From Azolla caroliniana (taxonomy: Eukaryota; Plantae; Polypodiophyta): 64,000 nt of DNA. A program made the translations under genes and the position numbers. Of this stretch, positions 57,700 to 64,000 are shown one piece after another. Position 1 is the stretch's first letter. Each line of letters opens with the position of its first letter. The notes under the pieces were generated by a model, which worked only from the letters and a program-made list of their open reading frames with translations, searched no databases and was not told where the DNA came from. The stretch covers positions 4,774,001 through 4,838,000 of the forward strand of contig JBHGNT010000022.1 of assembly GCA_043228905.1 (NCBI GenBank), given 5' to 3'.

Positions 57700-59715
57700 T
57701 GCCATTTAAATCATCACTTTGCAGTCATCTTAGTTTTTTTTTTTGTGTTCTTTTCCTCTTTTCTTCTTCTTATTTTCTCCTTCTTGTTGTTGCTTGTGTG
57801 CGTCAAACCCTTAACACTTTGGTTGCCATTGATTAACTTTTGCCATTTGAACTATCCCTTGTTATTGCCTTAATCTTCTTTGCCCAAAATCTAGACCTTT
57901 TGTAGAACTTGAAGTTTTTGTGTTTTTCTCCCTTTGCACACGACGTTATTGTCTTGACCCTCTTTGACCAATGTTTAACTATTATTATGGTTTTTTTTTA
58001 CTAATTAATTAATTAATTTTTTTCTTTATTTATTTTCTTGTTTCTTTTTACTATTTTATTTAATAATACTTATACTAATATAATACATTTTTTATTATTT
58101 AGTTATTATTATGGTGCTTTTAGTTTATGTTTTGATTACTTAAATAAATAGTTTTGTTATTATTATATTGTAAAATGCCTCAAAACTCTCTCCCTTTTTC
58201 CATTCCATCTGAGTGCTTTTATACAGTTTGGTTATACCTTCCAAGATACATTCGGTTATCTTGGCACACTTCTAGCTACTTACCTCTAACTAACCTTTTA
58301 CTAACTATAGTGTAACTAACTAAACCAAGGTCTAACTCCCCGGTTAGGTGAGGGGTTTTGGCCTGTGGTTTTACCATGCGATCCCACAGCTACCCCCTTT
58401 AAAAAATCTGAGTATGTCGACTATGTCTGATGGTGCCTCTGCTCCGTTACTGTGGGAGCTACATCTGACGCGTTGCCATGGCAGAAGGCGTCTCGATTGC
58501 TCGTGTGCGATGGTGGCTCTGCTTCGTCCTGCTAGGTGGCTGCAACTAAGGGTTTCCTGAGCCATCCTCGTAGGGGACATCATGGTGAGTTTCTTTCTCT
58601 TGTGATGCTTGAGTTGTGGATTGGTGAATATATGACTTCATTCGTATCACGAGCGCATAGGTAATCCGTCCATTAGCATCTCGACGGAGGGAATAGGTGT
58701 TGGCCCTCATTGAACGGATGACCGTAAAAGGGCCAATCCATCGATGCATCATTGATTCACTGAGTCCTTGTCGTCGGATCGGGAAATAGACTACGACTTT
58801 TGCTTCGGCTGCGTACTCTACCGCCCAACAACCCTTATCATAGCACCGCTTTTGTCGTGACTAAGCCAATTGTAGATTCTTGTGTATGCTCAGCCGTAAG
58901 ATAGGTTGGACCTATTGCAAGTGCAGCCACCAATCCATCGCATCGGTTCGAGTATTTTTTTGGGGTAGGTCCACCTTGATGTCAGGGGGTAAACAGGGGT
59001 CTCTTCCATATAGTGCTCTGAAAGGGCTGATTCGAGTTGAGGCTTGCACCGAAGTGTTATACGCATACGTGATGAAGGGTAAGATCAAATCCCACGTTGT
59101 GTGTAGTGGGTCGATGACTACGGTAAGTTGTTGTTTAATCGTCTTGTTCATCCGTTCTATCAATCTGTTTGTCTGGGGATGATATGGGGAGGTGAATATC
59201 TATTGAATGCCTAATTGTGTGGCTAATGCTTGTAGTACCTCTCTGCTAAATTGCGGTCCTTGATCTGACAGGATGCGAGCTGGGCATCCATGTGGAAAAA
59301 TGATCCACTCCATCAGCTTTGTTGCTATGGTGACAGCTCGTGCATTCGGAATTGCGGCGGTTTCGGTCCATCACGTAAAGTATTCAGATATGACTAAGAT
59401 ATACTTGTTTCCTGCCCGGGATTCGGGAAAAGGGCCGATGATATCCCATCTTATTAATTCAAAGGGTTCAGAGACAGTAATAGGTTGGAGTAGGCCATCG
59501 TTGGAATGGGGTGGCTTAATTTGTTGACATGAGTGACATTGTTTGATGTAAGTTACGATCATTGTACGCATTTGCGGCCAGTAATATTGGAGATGGATCT
59601 TGTTCAATACCTTGTGGAATCCGAGGTGGCTAGACATTGGGTGATCATGAAAAAGTTGCATATATAAATTCCTCAAGCTTTGTGGTATGTAGATTCGTGG
59701 CTCTTTCCCTATTTG
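57700..59715 (-). mobile_element. Gypsy fragment: integrase, PPT (58389-58400) and 3' LTR starting at 58388
   Basis: HDHPMSSHLG…CHSCQQIK, WDIIGPFP, ILSDQG, YHPQTN, WIGPF. AAAGGGGGTAGC|TGTGGGA. Far LTR end not resolved. Confidence 0.8.
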
Positions 59716-62700
59716 TATTGCAACCGATGAGCAAGGTCACGATTCGGAACTCCAGAGTCAGTCCGATAGTGGATGAATTTACGGAAGCATTTGTCGGACA
59801 CTCGATATTATACTCTATCGGAGACCTATACTCTCAATATTACCAATTTCAACTAGCCATGGATAGCCGAGATATCACTACAATGAGGACACTAATAGGA
59901 TTTGTCTAGATGTGTGCGCTACCACGAGGAGCGACAAACTCAGTCGCACATATGATGAATGCAATGAACAAGGTCCTCCAAGACTGCATTCCGGAGATAA
60001 CGATGTCGTTCTTAGACGAAATTCCAATGAAAGGATGTGTGATGGAAGAGAAGGATGAGACTATGGATGATTGAGGATGCCGAAAGTTCATAGTCAACCA
60101 TATTCGCGATTGTGAGAAAGTGCTACAGAAGTTAGAAGTTAGAAGATGTGCACCTAACACTCTCGGAGAGAAATCGACGTTCGGACAAGAAGAGATATTG
60201 GTGGTCGGACATCTATGTGGGCCCTATGGCCGAAGACCGTCACCAGGCAAGATCGATGTGATTGAAGCCATGAAAGAAATCAGTGAGTCACAATCCGAAG
60301 TCCGAAGGTTTCTTGGGGCATGTGCATTTTATCACATTTGGATTCCGCACTATGCACACATTGCAGACTCACTCTATCACTTGTTGCGAAAGGGGAAAAG
60401 GTTCGAATGGAGATTGGAACACACCAAAGCCATGAAGAAGCTCAAGAAAGCATTATGGAGGGCAGAAGCATTTAAGAAGCCAAACTATGATCGATCGATC
60501 ATAGTAACGATTGACAGAAGTCCAATTGGTATTGGCTGGGTCATCAACCAAGTCGATCTGGATGGTTCATGATATCTAGTTTGAATTGGAGCAAAGGTTC
60601 TCAACGAAAGGCAACGCAGATATGCACAAGTTAAAAGAGAATTATGGGGGGTCGTGTCCGCGATAAAATCGGATCGGGATTATTTGATCGGAGCCGAAGA
60701 AAGAATCGAAACAGATTGTCTTCCGATACTCGGAATGATGCGATGTTGCAAGGTACCGGATGTGCCTATGCTAAGATGGATTGCGTATGTAAAGTTGCTT
60801 AATCCATCTCGGGAAAAGACAACGTGGTAGCAGATATGCTATCAAGGGCACGGTTTGGAGACGATGTAGTTGAATTGGATAATGAAGAAGTTTTCGAAGA
60901 CTACTTTACTTCGGAGGACATATGTTGGGTGAATGTAATTCAGGAGTTCCAGGAAGAAGAATACAAAGGATAAAGCTTGCCGATTGGGAAAGTGTTACAA
61001 GAAATCGAGGAATCTTCAGGAGATAAGGAAAAGAGAGCCGAGATTCGAAGGAGGAAACGATAAGTTCAGAAGTTCTTCTTGAACAATGGGTTAAATTGGA
61101 GGGAGCCAAAAAGACCGAATGGCATACCACTCTGGGTAGTTGGCAAAAAGGAACAACAAAAACAAATAATATCCGAATTTCACGAGTCTGATTGGACTAG
61201 ACATCGGGGAACATGGGCAACATTTGCAAAGATCAAGCAAAATATTGGTGGAAGAATATGTACAAGGATGTAATGGAGTTTACGGAAAGCTGCAAGAAAT
61301 GTCAAATCTACTTCGGAGTACAACACCGGGATGAATTACATCCGACATTCTCACTGGCAATCAATTTTAAATGGATGGTCGACATTGTGGCCATGCCAAA
61401 TGGAATTGGACAAATGAAGTACTTGGTGTTAGCTCGGGAAAATCTGACGAACCAAGTAGAAGGTTGGGTGCTACGGAGGAAAACATGTTCTACAATATGC
61501 CCATTTCTCTTGGAAGAAGTGTTCTGTAGGTATGGGTGTGTAGGACAAGTGATTGCGGATCAGGGAGAACTTAACTCCGATAAAGCCAGGGAATTCTTCG
61601 CCAAACATGGAGTACGGTTGAAACTAACCATGACATACAATCCAGAAGCAAAGGGAAGATCGAATGAGGACATAGTTTGATCATAAAAGCACTTGCAAAA
61701 GCATGTGACAGAAGGGTAAAGATTTGACGTATGCACTATGGGCGGATCGCACAACATATAGTTTCGTGACCGGTTATATGCCAGCGGAACTTATGATCGG
61801 ACAAACATTGGTAATGCCTATGGAAACCACAATCGCGACATGGATGGTGCTACCATGGAAGGAAGAGATGAGTCGGGAAGAACTGCTAGTGGTCCAGATG
61901 AGACAACTAAAAGGAAGACCAGAAGACATAACGAAAGCAGCACACCAACAACAAGAAGCGCGATTACAGAGCAAACGTCGATTCAACAAAAAGCACCGAC
62001 TTTGACCACGGAAGATCGAAGAAGGGGATTGGGTAATAGTCTATGGCAGTAGTTTGGATCACAGACACAGTTCAATACGGAAATTCGCTAAAAGGTGGTT
62101 CGGACCATACGAAGTTCGAAAGATATTCCACAATGGTACTTACCGACTATATGAGTTGGATGGAACAATACTACGGGTGCCTATAGTAGGGAAGCGGGTA
62201 AAGATTTTCAAGAAGCGAAGTGACACGGAGCCCTACGTGACCTTACGCAACACCGACATAGAGGAGCAAGCAGACATGGATCATGAAGAGGCGGAAAGCG
62301 AAGAAAGTGGACTGAAATTAATAGCTGACATAGTGGGAGAATCAGAGGGTGCTACAGATGAAGGAGAGTAACAAACACCGGCAACTTTGGCACATACCGG
62401 AGGATGTGCGGGTTTGGATGGGGTGAGTGTCGTAGTGTGCTTTGTACACTACGTAACATATGTACGGAGTACCCGATTAGCTAAGTATAAAGAAATAGGA
62501 GAAAATACTAAAATAATTATGTTACATGCATAGGGTAGGTTTTCTCCTAATTGACTAAGTATAAAGAAATTGGAGAAAATACTAAAATAATTATGCTACA
62601 TGCATAGGGTAGGATTCCATGTTAAAAATTTCAAGTTCTTGCCATTGTACTGACACACTATGAGTATTAAAGTTATTGATTTTAGTTACACAAAAGTTTA

Positions 62701-63205
62701 TCCGACGTAAATATTCTAGATAAACATGATAGAAAAAGTTATTCATGCATAAACACTCGAGTTAAAAGAAAAGCATAATAGAAAAAGTTATTCATGCACA
62801 TCTAGTGTGCATGAATACTTGAGTTAGAGAAAAAGCATGATGCTTGCATGTAGTAAGATATACTTCGTCTCTCCCAACACTATATAAGGGTGGGGAGAAA
62901 ATTGTAATAGAGGGTGGATTCTTGGGTTAATAAAATTTTCTAATATTGATCTAAAATACTAAACTCGTAAGATTCACGATTTTGTTTTTTAAATCAATCT
63001 TTCTAATATTTTCCAATTCACTATTAGGATTGAAAGGATTGATTAATCTAATTTAATACACTTGTGGGATTCACGAGGTTTCTATATCTCTTTCTTACAA
63101 TCTTTTCATATTCTTATTAGCCCTAAAATTCTTCTCCCTCCTAGTCCATAACCTAGGCAGTTTCCACCCAACTCACGCAACAATCCCGCGCAGAAAGGCA
63201 TGACA
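59716..63205 (+). mobile_element. Gypsy family-B relative: decayed RT-RNaseH-integrase, PPT and 3' LTR (62428-63205)
   Basis: Peptides align with element B (VDEFTEAF, FLGACAFYHIWIPHYAH, KRWFGPY). Same pre-PPT hairpin. LTR reads TGTCGT…ATGACA. Confidence 0.88.
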
Positions 63206-64000
63206 CTGGCTTGGGAGATCAACTACTAAACTACATCCGGGATACCAAGATGTCAAATGATGCATGGGAGAATCTCAAAAGGATTTTCTCCGCCACCACA
63301 ACTACAAGGAAGCTGTAGCTTTGGTAGGAGCTCAACAATGTTCGGCAAAAAGATCTGTTTGTGGCCAATTACACTGCCCGAATGAAGGAGATCTGTGACT
63401 CTCTCGTCTCCATCAACGTGCCCGTTGAGGAGGACGAAATGGTGTAGGTTTGCCTTGGAGGGCTGGCATCTAGGTTCGGATCATTCCGAGCGACGGTCTC
63501 CACGAGAGAGAATAACCTGTCCTTTAAGTTGCAGTCCATGCTGCTCGTTTGAAGAAAACCACGCGGGTGTGTCAACGAGCACGCACACTGACAACAAGAT
63601 GTTGTACACGGAGGCAAATCGGCCCCATAGTCGTGATGGACAAGGTGGGTGAGAGGAGCTAGACCGAAGCCATAGAAGCAGTGGCGACATCAGTTCCAGA
63701 CCCTCCACGAGCCGGGGGAGTCAAGGTAGCACCGGAAGTAGGCAAGCAAAAGCCGCAATGATCTGCTAGTATTGTAGTTGGAAGGGTCACAGAGAGAGCG
63801 AGTGTTGGAAAAGCACTCTAATTCGGATAGAGCCGGATCGAATTCACGTGATACAAATAGGCATCACCGATCACACTTCGCCGAAGGTTCAGGGTGAGCC
63901 GAAACGGGCCCTACACTTGTGATGAAGCACAAGGTTAAACAGATGGGAGTATGTAACACCAAGCCGGCGAAGGTTTGATACATAGCTTTTAGAGTGTGAA
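63206..64000 (+). pseudogene. Decayed Copia gag, same family as 19520-23740
   Basis: RMKEICDSL, EENHAGVSTSTHTDNKMLYTEA match 22577-23059. Confidence 0.85.

Overview
Eukaryotic nuclear DNA from a land plant. The retroelement lineages and the JAZ type suggest a fern or other non-seed plant, but that is an inference. About 1-41.7 kb and 57.5-64 kb are nested LTR retrotransposons (Ty3/Gypsy and Ty1/Copia) plus a LINE remnant. About 42.3-56.9 kb is a gene island with a 5-exon DUF1639 gene (+), an intronless orphan ORF (-) and a 5-exon TIFY/JAZ repressor gene (-). The centrepiece is a young, near-intact non-chromovirus Gypsy element (23788-33659: 419-bp LTRs with one mismatch by eye, GTGAG TSD, gag-pro-pol and a long extra 3' ORF). 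It has no polypurine tract. In its place, 2 nt before the 3' LTR, is a sense-strand copy of a tRNA-Arg 3' end including CCA (GGGTTC-15-nt hairpin spacer-GTCCCACGGGCGTGCCA), which reads as a second primer-binding site on the minus strand. The same motif, with identical spacing and a compensatory base-pair change, flanks an unrelated LTR at 10705-10746. This suggests a lineage that primes both cDNA strands with tRNAs, or uses a tRNA mimic for plus-strand priming. All tRNA and family assignments are from recalled consensus sequences, not database searches.
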